From: a bacterium
GTDB lineage: Bacteria > Muiribacteriota > UBA6191
DNA length: 26,099 bases
NCBI GenBank assembly: GCA_036339875.1
Contig: JAYZAC010000173.1
Location: 1 to 26,099, forward strand
Reading direction: 5' to 3'
Each line of letters opens with the position of its first letter. Position 1 is the first letter of the stretch. The notes beneath the pieces are model-generated. The model was not told the DNA's origin. It made no database searches and worked only from the letters and a program-made list of their open reading frames with translations. The translations under genes were made by a program, and so were the position numbers. Shown here in pieces: positions 1 through 9,365 of this stretch.

Positions 1-483
1 TTGATCTTGGATGAGCCAACCGATGGGCTAGACCCTAACCAAAAGCATGAGGTGAGAAACCTAATTAAAGAAATGGGTAAGGATAAGTGCATCATTCTAT
101 CTACCCATATTCTTGAGGAAGTTGATGCGGTTTGTTCCAGAGCGATTATCATCTCCAACGGTAGTCTAGTTGCTGATGATACTCCCGAAAATATAAGATC
201 TCGTTCTGGGTCACGCAACGTAGTTGATCTGTCTATTCATAAAGTACAGGCTGGTGAGGTAAGAGAGAAGTTAAAATCAATAGCATCTGTAGATGTAGTT
301 GAGGTACTTGGTGAAGAGCAGGCCGATCCGGTACATTTAAGGGTTACTCCTAGAGGAAAGGTTAACATCCTACCTAATATAAGTGAGTTAGTAAAAAAGG
401 AAAACTGGACTTTAGATGCCTTACATCAGGAAAAAGGCCGACTTGATGAGGTTTTTCGAGATCTGACTGAAGGAGATGTGTGA
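1..483 (+). CDS. ABC transporter ATP-binding subunit, GldA-like (5' truncated by window edge)
   Basis: Walker B/D-loop ILDEPTDGLDP and H-loop ILSTHILEEV; no Walker A in the window, so the gene starts upstream; followed by GldF/GldG-like genes. Confidence 0.9.
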   Translation: MILDEPTDGLDPNQKHEVRNLIKEMGKDKCIILSTHILEEVDAVCSRAIIISNGSLVADDTPENIRSRSGSRNVVDLSIHKVQAGEVREKLKSIASVDVVEVLGEEQADPVHLRVTPRGKVNILPNISELVKKENWTLDALHQEKGRLDEVFRDLTEGDV

Positions 484-1217
484 TGGACAATTTTTTTCCA
501 ATTTTTAAGCGGGAATTGAGAGGTTATTTTAATTCACCCGTGGCTTATGTGTTTATCATCATTTTTCTTGTAGCAACTGCTGGTTGTACTTTCTTTCTTG
601 GGAAATTTTACGAGTCTATGCAGGCTGATTTGTCAGTATTTTTTGTATGGCATCCTTGGTTATACTTGTTCCTTATTCCAGCGATAGGAATGCGATTGTG
701 GGCTGAGGAACGCAAAAGTGGCACAATTGAGCTGTTATTCACTCTGCCGGTAAATCTTCAAGAGGCTGTTGTTGCTAAGTTTGCTGCAGCATGGGCCTTT
801 ATTGGGGTGGCGCTTTTGCTTACTTTTCCAATGATACTTACGGTAAATCACTTAGGTTCGCCAGACAATCGGGTCATCTTGACGAGTTACTTAGGTTCAT
901 TTCTTATGGCAGGTGCCTATTTGGCGGTGGCTTGCGTAACGTCTTCTCTAACCAAAAACCAAGTAATAAGTTTTGTTTTGAGCGTTATTATCTGCTTTGT
1001 CTTGGTTTTAAGTGGTCATGGTGTTTTTACTGAGCATCTTAATAGATGGTTATCAGTGCCGGTGGCGGAGTTTATTTCCCTGTTCAGTTTTACAACTCAT
1101 TTCAACGCTTTGCAAAGAGGGGTAATTGATACTCGAGATTTGGTATTTTTTCTGTCTGTAATCGGCACATTACTTGCCGCTACGATGGTGATTCTTGAAA
1201 ACAAGAAACATGAGTGA
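483..1217 (+). CDS. ABC-2 type permease, GldF-like
   Basis: About 6 hydrophobic segments; motifs FKRELRGYFNSPVAY, MRLWAEERKSGTIELLFTLP, HFNALQRGVIDTRDLVFF; AGGAG at 471-475 favours ATG 483 (TGATG overlap with upstream stop). Confidence 0.9.
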   Translation: MDNFFPIFKRELRGYFNSPVAYVFIIIFLVATAGCTFFLGKFYESMQADLSVFFVWHPWLYLFLIPAIGMRLWAEERKSGTIELLFTLPVNLQEAVVAKFAAAWAFIGVALLLTFPMILTVNHLGSPDNRVILTSYLGSFLMAGAYLAVACVTSSLTKNQVISFVLSVIICFVLVLSGHGVFTEHLNRWLSVPVAEFISLFSFTTHFNALQRGVIDTRDLVFFLSVIGTLLAATMVILENKKHE

Positions 1218-1226
1218 GGTATTACT

Positions 1227-3065
1227 GTGAAGAAAAATATATTTTTTGAATCGTTAAGTTCCTTGGGAATTTTACTAGTTATTTTAGTTTTGATTAATGT
1301 TGTGGCAGATCGATTTTCAGCTAAATTGGACATTACTGAGGAGAAGCTATTCTCGCTATCTTCTGGTACTAAAAATATACTGCAAGGTATTGAGGGTGAG
1401 TTGAATATAAAATATTATTTCAGCTCTAATTCAGAATCTGCACCATTGAATGTGAAAGCTTATGGTAAGAGGGTTAAAGAGTTACTTGAAGAATATGTAT
1501 ATCATTCAAAAGGTAAAATAAATCTTGAGTTAATTGATCCTAAGCCTGATACAGAAGAAGAGGAGTGGGCAAGTAAAGACGGTATTGCTCAGATTCCACT
1601 TCCTTCCGGAGAAATGTTTTACATGGGAGCTGTGGTCCGTCCTGGTGGTCAGGCTGTAAAAATGTTTGATCCGAGGCGTGAGTCGTTTCTCGAATATGAT
1701 ATTAGTGAGATGATACTTAGGTCTACCAATCCAGGTAAAAAGACTGTAGGTATTTTGTCTAGTATTAAGGTTGTTGGAAGTCAAATGCAATTCCAAATCC
1801 CAGGTCAGCCGGCTCCAACGAAGGACTGGGGATTTGTTAAGCAATTGAAGAATGTATACAATGTGAAAGAAATTAAAACTGATTCGGTAGAGATCCCGAG
1901 TGACGTTGATTTGCTGATAACAATGCACCCAAAAAGTCTCTCTGATGTAACTCAGTATGCTATTGATCAATTTGTCATGAATGGTGGTAGATTGATTGTT
2001 CTTGTTGATCCTTCTGCACAGGCTGATGAGGGAAGGGGTCCAGTTAAAAGTTCGAATCTTGATCGACTTTTTAAGACGTGGAAAATCAAGTACAATTCGA
2101 GTGTTTTAGTTGCAGACATGAATAATGCGACGAAAGTTGGAACTCCAAGTGGAATGCCCGTTGACTATCCAATTTGGTTGAATCTCGACAAACAAGCTAT
2201 GACTTCGGAAAATGTTGCCGTGAGTGATTTAGACTCTATCATGATGATTGAAGCAGGTTCGCTAGAGTCAACTCAAAACAGCAGTATAGCTTTTTTGCCA
2301 TTAATTCAGAGTTCGTCTGAGGCAATGATTCTTCCGGTAAATGATATTGATCGTAGTGATCCTTTTGCGGTTATTCAGAAGATCAGCCCCGGTACAACAA
2401 GGAAAACAATTGCAGCCATGTATTCTGGAGAATTCAAGTCTGCATTTAGTGAGGCTCCTACCAAAGAGGGAGAGACAACTGTCTATTCAAAGCCGCACAA
2501 AGCGAGTGTTAATGAAGCAAGTAACATCCTTGTTGTAGCGGATACTGATTTCCTGCAGAATCGTTACAGTATGGAAGAAATGCGATTGGGTAATTTGGTA
2601 CTGGGAGTTCGTCCATTAAATGATAACTTAAACTTTATGCTTAACAGCGTTGAGTTCATGCTCGGGAATAATGATTTAATCAGTGTGAGGTCTAGGGGTA
2701 AATTTTCGAAGCCTTTTGAGCGCGTTGTGCAGTTACAAAAAGAGGCTCAGCTGAGATACAAAAGTAAGGAGGAGGCACTTACACAGAGTTTAAAGCGAGT
2801 CCAGCAGGAAATTAACAAAATTCAGGATCATCAAATTAAAGGTAATAAAGTAATTTTATCTCGCGATCAAATTGCAAAGATCCAAGAGTTCAAAGAGGAA
2901 GAGTTACAAATAAAACGTGAGCGCAGAGATGTCCGAAGAAAACTCAGGGAAGATATTGAGAGTCTTGGCCAGAAGTTGACGTTTATTAATGTTTTCTTGA
3001 TACCAATTTTGGTTGGTATTTTTGGTGCTTATCGAATTGTAAGTATCAATTCTAGAAGGGGGTAA
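1227..3065 (+). CDS. GldG-family ABC transporter auxiliary/periplasmic subunit
   Basis: N-terminal TM then LDITEEKLFSLSSGT, IDQFVMNGGRLIVLVDP, ILVVADTDFL, NLNFMLNSVEFM...LISVRSR, coiled coil and C-terminal TM; GAGG at 1216-1219 before GTG. Confidence 0.88.
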   Translation: MKKNIFFESLSSLGILLVILVLINVVADRFSAKLDITEEKLFSLSSGTKNILQGIEGELNIKYYFSSNSESAPLNVKAYGKRVKELLEEYVYHSKGKINLELIDPKPDTEEEEWASKDGIAQIPLPSGEMFYMGAVVRPGGQAVKMFDPRRESFLEYDISEMILRSTNPGKKTVGILSSIKVVGSQMQFQIPGQPAPTKDWGFVKQLKNVYNVKEIKTDSVEIPSDVDLLITMHPKSLSDVTQYAIDQFVMNGGRLIVLVDPSAQADEGRGPVKSSNLDRLFKTWKIKYNSSVLVADMNNATKVGTPSGMPVDYPIWLNLDKQAMTSENVAVSDLDSIMMIEAGSLESTQNSSIAFLPLIQSSSEAMILPVNDIDRSDPFAVIQKISPGTTRKTIAAMYSGEFKSAFSEAPTKEGETTVYSKPHKASVNEASNILVVADTDFLQNRYSMEEMRLGNLVLGVRPLNDNLNFMLNSVEFMLGNNDLISVRSRGKFSKPFERVVQLQKEAQLRYKSKEEALTQSLKRVQQEINKIQDHQIKGNKVILSRDQIAKIQEFKEEELQIKRERRDVRRKLREDIESLGQKLTFINVFLIPILVGIFGAYRIVSINSRRG

Positions 3066-3068
3066 CAA

Positions 3069-4403
3069 TTGAAGTCCAATAGTTTATTTGCAGTATTGGC
3101 AGTGTTGGCTATTCTGGCATTTTTGCCTGAAAGTGGTGTAGATAATAAAAGCACACGTTATATGAAGTTGATGAGCGATTCGGATCCTCAGTCTGTGCAT
3201 AGTATCGAAGTAGACCCTAAGCTGGGTGAAAAGATCTTGATTAATAAAAAAGCAGATGTTTGGAAGGTTGATTCTTACAATAATTTTCCTGCCGACCCAT
3301 TGAAAGTCTCTAAATTTCTACAAAATTTGTTTCTCCTGAAAATGGGAGATAAGGAGACCAGTGGGTCGAAGTACCATGAGGATTATGGAGTCTCTCTAGC
3401 TGGTAATGCCAAGGGAACTTTATTATCTGTGAAAGATATTGACGGAAATGTTTTGAAATCTGTTGTTTTCGGTAATGATCGTATGGGTAAAAGTCAATAC
3501 GGATTTGATACTCCGGTAGGCCAGTATATGCGTCTAAAAGATCATGAAGAAATTTATTTATTGAAAGAGAGATTTTCGATAGAAGTTACGGCAAGTAATT
3601 GGATTCACAAAAAATTACCGTCAATTTCTAAAGATGAAATTCAGAAAATTTTAGTAAAAAATGGTTCAGAGAAAGTTGAATTGTCAAGATTGGAGCCAAA
3701 AAGCGAGTTAAAATTCACTAAACTAGAAGCTAGTGAAGCTATGAACTCAAAAAAAGTCGATGAGTTAGCAGCAGCTATGCAGGACTTTAGCTTCAATAAT
3801 TTAGAAAAGCCTGATAGTCGAGCTGCCATGATGAGTATGACGAATGTCTCTAAATTAGAAATCGCAACATTTGATGGGATGAGATTATCAGTTGAGATGG
3901 GTGCCAAGACAACCGCAAGTTCTTATCGATTTGCTAAGCTAAAATGGACTGAATTTAATCCCTCTCCCGAGGTAAAATCAAAAGTGATTGAGTACAATAA
4001 TCTTTATGATGGTTGGTTAGTTGGAGTTACGGATTATTCTGGACGTAACCTTTTTCCAAAACGAGCTGACCTTATAAGTATACCCCCCTTAGGAGCAAAG
4101 CATATTTTGTTTTCTTACAAAGGTGCTAGTAATTCTAAGGTTGAAAGAACAAAGGCAGAAGCATTAGAGCTGGCCAACAAAGTATTGGCAGATTTAAAAG
4201 CAGGTCAAAATTTTGAAGATATGGCGAAACAGTACTCGGACGATAGTTCGAACAAGTCTCGTGGTGGAGACCTTGGTAATTTCAATAAGGGCGATATGGT
4301 CAAAACGTTTGAGGAAGCAACAATTGCTCTCAATATAGGAGAAACTACTAATTCTCCAGTAGAGACTGTGTATGGCTATCATATAATTCAGAGAACACAA
4401 TAG
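3069..4403 (+). CDS. DUF4340-like exported protein fused to a C-terminal PpiC/parvulin peptidyl-prolyl isomerase
   Basis: N-terminal hydrophobic anchor; WKV...FPADPLKV and YMR...IYLL...W pattern plus fourth position in a Gld-type operon suggest DUF4340; C-terminal AKHILFSY...FEDMAKQYSDD...GGDLGNF...MVKTFEEA...VETVYGYHII is a clear parvulin domain. Confidence 0.82.
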   Translation: MKSNSLFAVLAVLAILAFLPESGVDNKSTRYMKLMSDSDPQSVHSIEVDPKLGEKILINKKADVWKVDSYNNFPADPLKVSKFLQNLFLLKMGDKETSGSKYHEDYGVSLAGNAKGTLLSVKDIDGNVLKSVVFGNDRMGKSQYGFDTPVGQYMRLKDHEEIYLLKERFSIEVTASNWIHKKLPSISKDEIQKILVKNGSEKVELSRLEPKSELKFTKLEASEAMNSKKVDELAAAMQDFSFNNLEKPDSRAAMMSMTNVSKLEIATFDGMRLSVEMGAKTTASSYRFAKLKWTEFNPSPEVKSKVIEYNNLYDGWLVGVTDYSGRNLFPKRADLISIPPLGAKHILFSYKGASNSKVERTKAEALELANKVLADLKAGQNFEDMAKQYSDDSSNKSRGGDLGNFNKGDMVKTFEEATIALNIGETTNSPVETVYGYHIIQRTQ

Positions 4404-4420
4404 GTATTTAAGTAGTGGGA

Positions 4421-4449
4421 GGCCGGTCTTTTTAGACTGGCCTTTTTTT
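4421..4449 (+). terminator. Rho-independent terminator of the ABC operon
   Basis: Stem GGCCGGTCT (4421-4429) / AGACTGGCC (4434-4442) with one G-U pair, TTTT loop, followed by T7. Confidence 0.85.
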
Positions 4450-4460
4450 ATGGGAGATTG

Positions 4461-4790
4461 ATGGAAGTTAAGGAAGCACAAAAAATTGTTGATCAATATA
4501 TAAGGTCTTTTGAGGAGGGTTATTTTCCGGCTTATACTAATTTGGTTCGGTTAATGGAAGAGGTTGGCGAATTCTCCAAGGAATTTAATCACCAGTTCGG
4601 CCCATTGAAAAAACAATCAAATTCAGATCAAAACGGCTTGGAGGAAGAAATTGGAGATATTTATTTTTCGCTTTGCGTACTGGCGAATCAGCTAGATATT
4701 GATTTGTCTGTAGCGTTGAGGAATGTTGTTGATAAATATGTTGCCAGAGATCAAAAGCGTTGGACTTCGAAAGACAAAAAGAGTCAATAG
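4461..4790 (+). CDS. MazG-like nucleotide pyrophosphohydrolase (YpjD-like)
   Basis: RLMEEVGEFSKE and LEEEIGDIYFSLCVLANQLDIDL motifs, KYVARDQKRW tail; GGGAG at 4452-4456 before ATG 4461. Confidence 0.88.
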   Translation: MEVKEAQKIVDQYIRSFEEGYFPAYTNLVRLMEEVGEFSKEFNHQFGPLKKQSNSDQNGLEEEIGDIYFSLCVLANQLDIDLSVALRNVVDKYVARDQKRWTSKDKKSQ

Positions 4791-4833
4791 AGGACAAAGC
4801 TGTAAAATAAATATTTTTTTTTATAAATAGGGC

Positions 4834-4862
4834 TTTACATTAACCTCATGTGTCAATAGCAT
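4834..4862 (+). promoter_or_regulatory. Putative sigma70 promoter for the C39-like peptidase gene
   Basis: TTTACA (4834-4839), 17-nt spacer, TAGCAT (4857-4862), with an A/T tract upstream. Confidence 0.5.
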
Positions 4863-4872
4863 CGCAGCCGTC

Positions 4873-5895
4873 ATGTTTTCGACACATTTTTTTATATTTT
4901 TATTGGCTCACTTCGCATTCGTTTGGTGTCTCCCGTCTGCTCAGTCACTTTGGGCGGTCAGCCCTAGTTTGTCGGTTACCGAAGATTGGTCTATTTCAAA
5001 GGTTGATACACCACTCAAAAAGGCTAGTCAGATAGACGACAAGCTTAAGGGTGTGGATCGTGGATATGCAGTTGTTGAAACTCAGTCGATTATTCAGAGT
5101 CCTGAGGATGTCGTTGATTCTGAGAAAAGCTGCGTTTGCGATTATTGTTCCAGTGGTAAAACAGAATATGGACATCCTAAAAGCTCCCTTAAATCTATTA
5201 ACAGTTCGGTAAGTAAAGTTGCATCAGGTCATCTGAAAGTATCTAGGCGTCTTCTTAAAAAAACTAGGCAACTTAATCACATTGAGGTGGGAGGAGTCCC
5301 TATTTACTCTCAAAATCGCCAAGATCCCTATGATAGAAAAGGTTATCGCGGTAAGTACCCGCAAGGTTATTGTGGGCCTACGGCTATGCAGATGGTACTT
5401 GATTATTACGGTCTTAAAAAAAGTAGGGACTTTTTAGCGCTTACTGACTTGGGCACAGGACCTATGTATCGCAAAGGGCAAGGCAGTCGGTATGCTCCAA
5501 TGGTAGAAATGGCCCGACACTTAGGCTTTGTAGATACAGAAATTGTTTTCACTAACAAACTCAAGCACATTAAGTCCCGACTGAATCAGATGCGTCCTCA
5601 AATTGTAAGTCTCAAAGGGTACTTGAAGTATTCCTCCGGCGCGGTTTCTCGTAGTACTAAAGGTCATATTGTTTTAGTAACAGGTATTGATGAAAGTGGA
5701 AAATTAATCATTCATGATCCGGCGGGCAGGGGTAGTCGAGCTTTAATGAGTTCGAGAGATTTTCTCCGGGTTTGGCGAGGATTTCTAGTAGATCTTCGAG
5801 GAGAAAATTTTTCGAATAACAAGAATAATGAGTCTGTAATGATTTCCCAGAGTGCTCCCGTTAAGAAAGAGATGGTTAATCGGAGTAGTTTATAG
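4873..5895 (+). CDS. Secreted C39-like (papain-fold) cysteine peptidase
   Basis: Signal-peptide-like N-terminus; VPIYSQ...YCGPTAMQMVLDYYG (catalytic Cys) and KGHIVLVTGID...LIIHDPA (His/Asp). Confidence 0.8.
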   Translation: MFSTHFFIFLLAHFAFVWCLPSAQSLWAVSPSLSVTEDWSISKVDTPLKKASQIDDKLKGVDRGYAVVETQSIIQSPEDVVDSEKSCVCDYCSSGKTEYGHPKSSLKSINSSVSKVASGHLKVSRRLLKKTRQLNHIEVGGVPIYSQNRQDPYDRKGYRGKYPQGYCGPTAMQMVLDYYGLKKSRDFLALTDLGTGPMYRKGQGSRYAPMVEMARHLGFVDTEIVFTNKLKHIKSRLNQMRPQIVSLKGYLKYSSGAVSRSTKGHIVLVTGIDESGKLIIHDPAGRGSRALMSSRDFLRVWRGFLVDLRGENFSNNKNNESVMISQSAPVKKEMVNRSSL

Positions 5896-5943
5896 CAAAA
5901 TATAGCTACCTTGACCCAGTGTATGGATTGATCTGATTTAGCT

Positions 5944-7533
5944 ATGGCTATTGTTCTCTTATCTATATTTACGATTTTTCTAATTATAAGTGTTCTTTAC
6001 GCTCTCGAAGAGAGGTTTGGTAAGATACAGAAAAATGCGAAAGATCAGCAGTCATTCTACGAAAAAGGAGTGATGGCATACCAATCGGGCAATACCGAGA
6101 GAGCCGAGCGTTTTTTTACCGAGCATATCAAGACTCACTATAACCACTCTGATTCTTATAAGTATCTACTAAAAATCTATGAGGATGCTGGAAAACAAGA
6201 GAGTCTTCTGCATATCTGCCAGACTATTCTAGAGCTAGGAGAAAAAAATTTGAGTGGTGTTGACTTAGATAAAGTTCGTCGTAGCTTTGCAGATATTTCA
6301 TATGAGAAAAAATCTTATGAAGATGCTCTGTATCATTATCTGATACTAATGGCTAAGGCACCCAATAATGAAGTAAAAAAGAAGACAGCATTTTTATATG
6401 CATCTCAAAATCATTTCGAAAAAGCTTTGAATTATTACAAAGAGGTTGTCAAAGATTCACCTTCAGATTATGAAGCTAAAACAGCTATGATCCCTTGTCT
6501 TATTGGTGAGTCTAAACTTGATGAGGCTGTAAATCTTTTAGAGGAATTAAAGTCGAATGATATGTCGTCTAATCGAGAGATATACATGTTGGCTAAAATT
6601 AAGCAAAAGCAGGGATTTAAGGACGAATCGCATCAGTATTTTCTCGAATTCTTAGAAAATTCTAAATGGTCGAAAAGGAATTCTTGTAAAGATGCAGCAA
6701 GCTCGTTAATGAAAGATTTTTATGAATTAAAATTACCGCTTAGTTCAGATCAGCTAATTTTTTGGATAAAAGTTTTTAGAGGCTGCGGCTTAGTGTATTC
6801 GGAATCTCCGAAAAGAGCTATCGAGTTTTTCTGGCAACTAGGCTTTTTAGAATACTTTAAAGATCTTGAGAAATTAGACTTTGAGGCTTCTAGGGCTGAA
6901 TGGATGAAAGTTTTTAATTTAGATTCGGAATATAAAAATGTGGCAGTTTTAATTGATAATTTATCCGTTGCTAATGAGATGAATAATGATCAAATGATTG
7001 CAGAATATCTAGAACAGCGCATGGATCATGCAAGATTGTTAGGTGAGTCCAAAGAGTTACAACCGAGGAGCTATTATCATGTTCCTCCGATTGATGTTGC
7101 TGCAATTGAGAGGGCTATGGCAAGCCCTTTATTCTCAAGTTTTACCTCCATGTTCAAAGGTAATTCGACTAGTTTAGAGGATCTTTTATCTTTACCAGAG
7201 CACATGTTTGAATTACGGATTTCTCAAACTCTTCGTAAAATGGGTCTTACCGTTAATGAAACGATTTCCCATCATAACCATAACAAAATGAGTTCTTTCA
7301 AGGCTTTGAATGAGTCGAACAATGATGTCCTATGCTGCGCTTATCAAGATTCTAGAACTATAGGAGAGGTTGAATTGCGTAATGTAAAAGTTCTGATGAA
7401 GAAGTTGAAAGTTTCCAATTCTCTTGTCATCTCTCTGGGTAACTTCAGCTCAGAAGCAATTGATATGGCTAAGCGTGAGTCAATACGATCAATTTCTGGG
7501 GCAGAGCTACGGTCTTCAGGGTATTTTAGTTAG
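5944..7533 (+). CDS. Membrane-anchored TPR protein with C-terminal Mrr-like (restriction endonuclease fold) domain
   Basis: N-terminal TM; TPR-like helices (YEKGVMAYQSGNTERAERFF, AFLYASQNHFEKALNYYKEVVKDSPSD); C-terminal LLSLPEHMFE..LRKMG...IGEVELR...VISLGNFSSEAIDMAK...ISGAEL resembles Mrr_cat. Confidence 0.7.
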   Translation: MAIVLLSIFTIFLIISVLYALEERFGKIQKNAKDQQSFYEKGVMAYQSGNTERAERFFTEHIKTHYNHSDSYKYLLKIYEDAGKQESLLHICQTILELGEKNLSGVDLDKVRRSFADISYEKKSYEDALYHYLILMAKAPNNEVKKKTAFLYASQNHFEKALNYYKEVVKDSPSDYEAKTAMIPCLIGESKLDEAVNLLEELKSNDMSSNREIYMLAKIKQKQGFKDESHQYFLEFLENSKWSKRNSCKDAASSLMKDFYELKLPLSSDQLIFWIKVFRGCGLVYSESPKRAIEFFWQLGFLEYFKDLEKLDFEASRAEWMKVFNLDSEYKNVAVLIDNLSVANEMNNDQMIAEYLEQRMDHARLLGESKELQPRSYYHVPPIDVAAIERAMASPLFSSFTSMFKGNSTSLEDLLSLPEHMFELRISQTLRKMGLTVNETISHHNHNKMSSFKALNESNNDVLCCAYQDSRTIGEVELRNVKVLMKKLKVSNSLVISLGNFSSEAIDMAKRESIRSISGAELRSSGYFS

Positions 7534-7545
7534 TTGAAAAAAAGC

Positions 7546-7573
7546 TTGTTTTTATTCATCCAGCTGGTATACT
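7546..7573 (+). promoter_or_regulatory. Putative sigma70 promoter of rplM-rpsI
   Basis: Extended -10 TGgTATACT (7565-7573) with TTGTTT at 7546-7551 (16-nt spacer). Confidence 0.6.
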
Positions 7574-7637
7574 CCTACATTCCTGTTGCGAGTAGACGGT
7601 ATTCGTTCGCAATTTTCTCGTTTTGAAGAGGTCTAAA

Positions 7638-8066
7638 ATGAATAATACTTACATGGCAAAAAAAGATGAAATCAAGCCAGAATGGTTCATAGTGGATGCC
7701 GAAGACATGGTTCTGGGCCGCCTAGCAAGCTTCGTAGCTAGTCGTATCCGTGGGAAACATAAGCCCGAATTTACTCCTAACCAGTTGTGTGGAGACACCA
7801 TTATCGTGATTAACGCTGAAAAAGTTCGTTTAACTGGCAACAAGGCGGAAACTAAGGCTTATCACAACCACACCGGTTACCAGCTCAAAACTCGTAGTTT
7901 CAAACAAGTGCTCAGTACTTATCCATCCAGAATTATTGAGAAAGCGGTAAAAGGTATGCTGCCTAAAAACGTTTTAGGTCGGCGAATGTTTGGTCGACTG
8001 AAAGTATATGCTGGGACCGAGCATCCTCATACTGCTCAAGCCCCAACTAAATTGGATATTTCCTAA
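7638..8066 (+). CDS. rplM: 50S ribosomal protein L13
   Basis: WFIVDAEDMVLGRLAS..IRGKHKPEFTP..CGD.IIVINAEKV.LTG, AVKGMLPKN, LKVYAGTEHPHTAQ; GAGG at 7628-7631 favours ATG 7638. Confidence 0.98.
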   Translation: MNNTYMAKKDEIKPEWFIVDAEDMVLGRLASFVASRIRGKHKPEFTPNQLCGDTIIVINAEKVRLTGNKAETKAYHNHTGYQLKTRSFKQVLSTYPSRIIEKAVKGMLPKNVLGRRMFGRLKVYAGTEHPHTAQAPTKLDIS

Positions 8067-8075
8067 GAGGTTAAA

Positions 8076-8474
8076 ATGGCAAAAGTTAAATATTTTTACG
8101 GTACAGGTCGAAGAAAGAATTCTTCCGCAAGAGTGCGAGTATATCCTGCAAACGAAGGCCGATATACTGTTAATAAACGTGAGCTCAAAGAATACTTACC
8201 TTCCGAGATTTGGTCATCCGAAGCTTTAGAGCCCCTTGTTTTGACTGAGACTTTAGATAAGATTGAAGTTCGGGCCTCAGTTCAGGGTGGCGGTCCACAT
8301 GGTCAAGCGGGTGCGCTTCGATTAGGTCTTGCGCGTGCTCTTTGTGAGTATAATCCCAACTTACGTCCAACTCTTAAGCAGGCAGGTTATCTGACTCGTG
8401 ATAGCCGTATTGTTGAGCGAAAAAAGCCTGGATTGAAGAAAGCTCGCCGTAAGCCACAATTTTCAAAACGTTAG
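8076..8474 (+). CDS. rpsI: 30S ribosomal protein S9
   Basis: [59 protein letters not shown]. Confidence 0.98.
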   Translation: MAKVKYFYGTGRRKNSSARVRVYPANEGRYTVNKRELKEYLPSEIWSSEALEPLVLTETLDKIEVRASVQGGGPHGQAGALRLGLARALCEYNPNLRPTLKQAGYLTRDSRIVERKKPGLKKARRKPQFSKR

Positions 8475-8503
8475 ACAATTTGCAATTTCGCTGATTACTA
8501 TCC

Positions 8504-8533
8504 AACCCTGAAGCTAATGCTTCAGGGTTTGTT
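8504..8533 (+). terminator. Rho-independent terminator after rpsI
   Basis: Perfect 11-bp stem AACCCTGAAGC (8504-8514) / GCTTCAGGGTT (8519-8529), TAAT loop, short interrupted T tail. Confidence 0.8.
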
Positions 8534-8539
8534 GCATTT

Positions 8540-9355
8540 ATGAAAGAAAGATTAGATATATTGCTTGTTAAAAGGGGATTGGTAGATTCGCGGCAGAAAG
8601 CGCAATCTCTTATTATGGCTGGAGAAGTCATTGTCAATAATCAGCGAGTCGATAAATCTGGATCACGGTTTCCCATAGATTGTGATTTGCGATTAAAATC
8701 GCAGATAGCCTACGTTAGTAGGGGAGGACTGAAATTAGAGTCTGTTTACAAGTCTTTATGCTTTGAGATTCACGGTGTAAATTTTATGGATGTAGGCTCT
8801 TCCACGGGTGGATTTACAGACTTTCTTCTTCAGCATGGAGCAGAAAGAGTTTTTTGTGTTGATGTAGGTACCAATCAGCTGCATAATAAATTACGTCAAG
8901 ACCAGAGAGTTGTGAGTTTGGAGAAAACACACATCCTCAATTTAAAAATTGAAGATCTACCATTCCCTATTGATGCAATCGTAATGGATGTATCCTTTAT
9001 ATCTGTAACTCGTCTTTTTAATCACCTTAGTATTCTAGGTCAAAAAAATCATCATTTGGTTTGTTTAATTAAACCCCAATTCGAAGTGGGAAAAAATCAT
9101 GTTGGATCTAAAGGTGTTATTCGAGATTTTGATTTAACTTTAAATGCTGTACGAAATGCTTTAGATTCTCTTAATAAGGCTGGGTACAATTTACTGAATT
9201 TTGATTATTGTAGAGTACCGGGTCCCAATGGAAATGTAGAGTACTTTGCTTATGCTGTGCATAGTGATAGTAAATTTAATACATACGAAGAAGAAATGAT
9301 TCATAGCGCAGTACGAAAGAGATTTAATGATGAATCCCTACCTTTCAGTCAGTGA
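8540..9355 (+). CDS. tlyA: TlyA-family rRNA 2'-O-methyltransferase / hemolysin A
   Basis: S4 domain KERLDILLVKRGL, YVSRGGLKL, DVGSSTGGFTDFLLQHGA, DVSFIS, LIKPQFE, GPNGNVEY. Confidence 0.95.
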   Translation: MKERLDILLVKRGLVDSRQKAQSLIMAGEVIVNNQRVDKSGSRFPIDCDLRLKSQIAYVSRGGLKLESVYKSLCFEIHGVNFMDVGSSTGGFTDFLLQHGAERVFCVDVGTNQLHNKLRQDQRVVSLEKTHILNLKIEDLPFPIDAIVMDVSFISVTRLFNHLSILGQKNHHLVCLIKPQFEVGKNHVGSKGVIRDFDLTLNAVRNALDSLNKAGYNLLNFDYCRVPGPNGNVEYFAYAVHSDSKFNTYEEEMIHSAVRKRFNDESLPFSQ

Positions 9356-9365
9356 GGAAGCTTAA

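Noticed and set aside
1..3065. Evidence for gliding motility from gldA/F/G-like genes
   Set aside because: These ABC families are widespread in non-gliding bacteria and no motor or T9SS genes are in the window.
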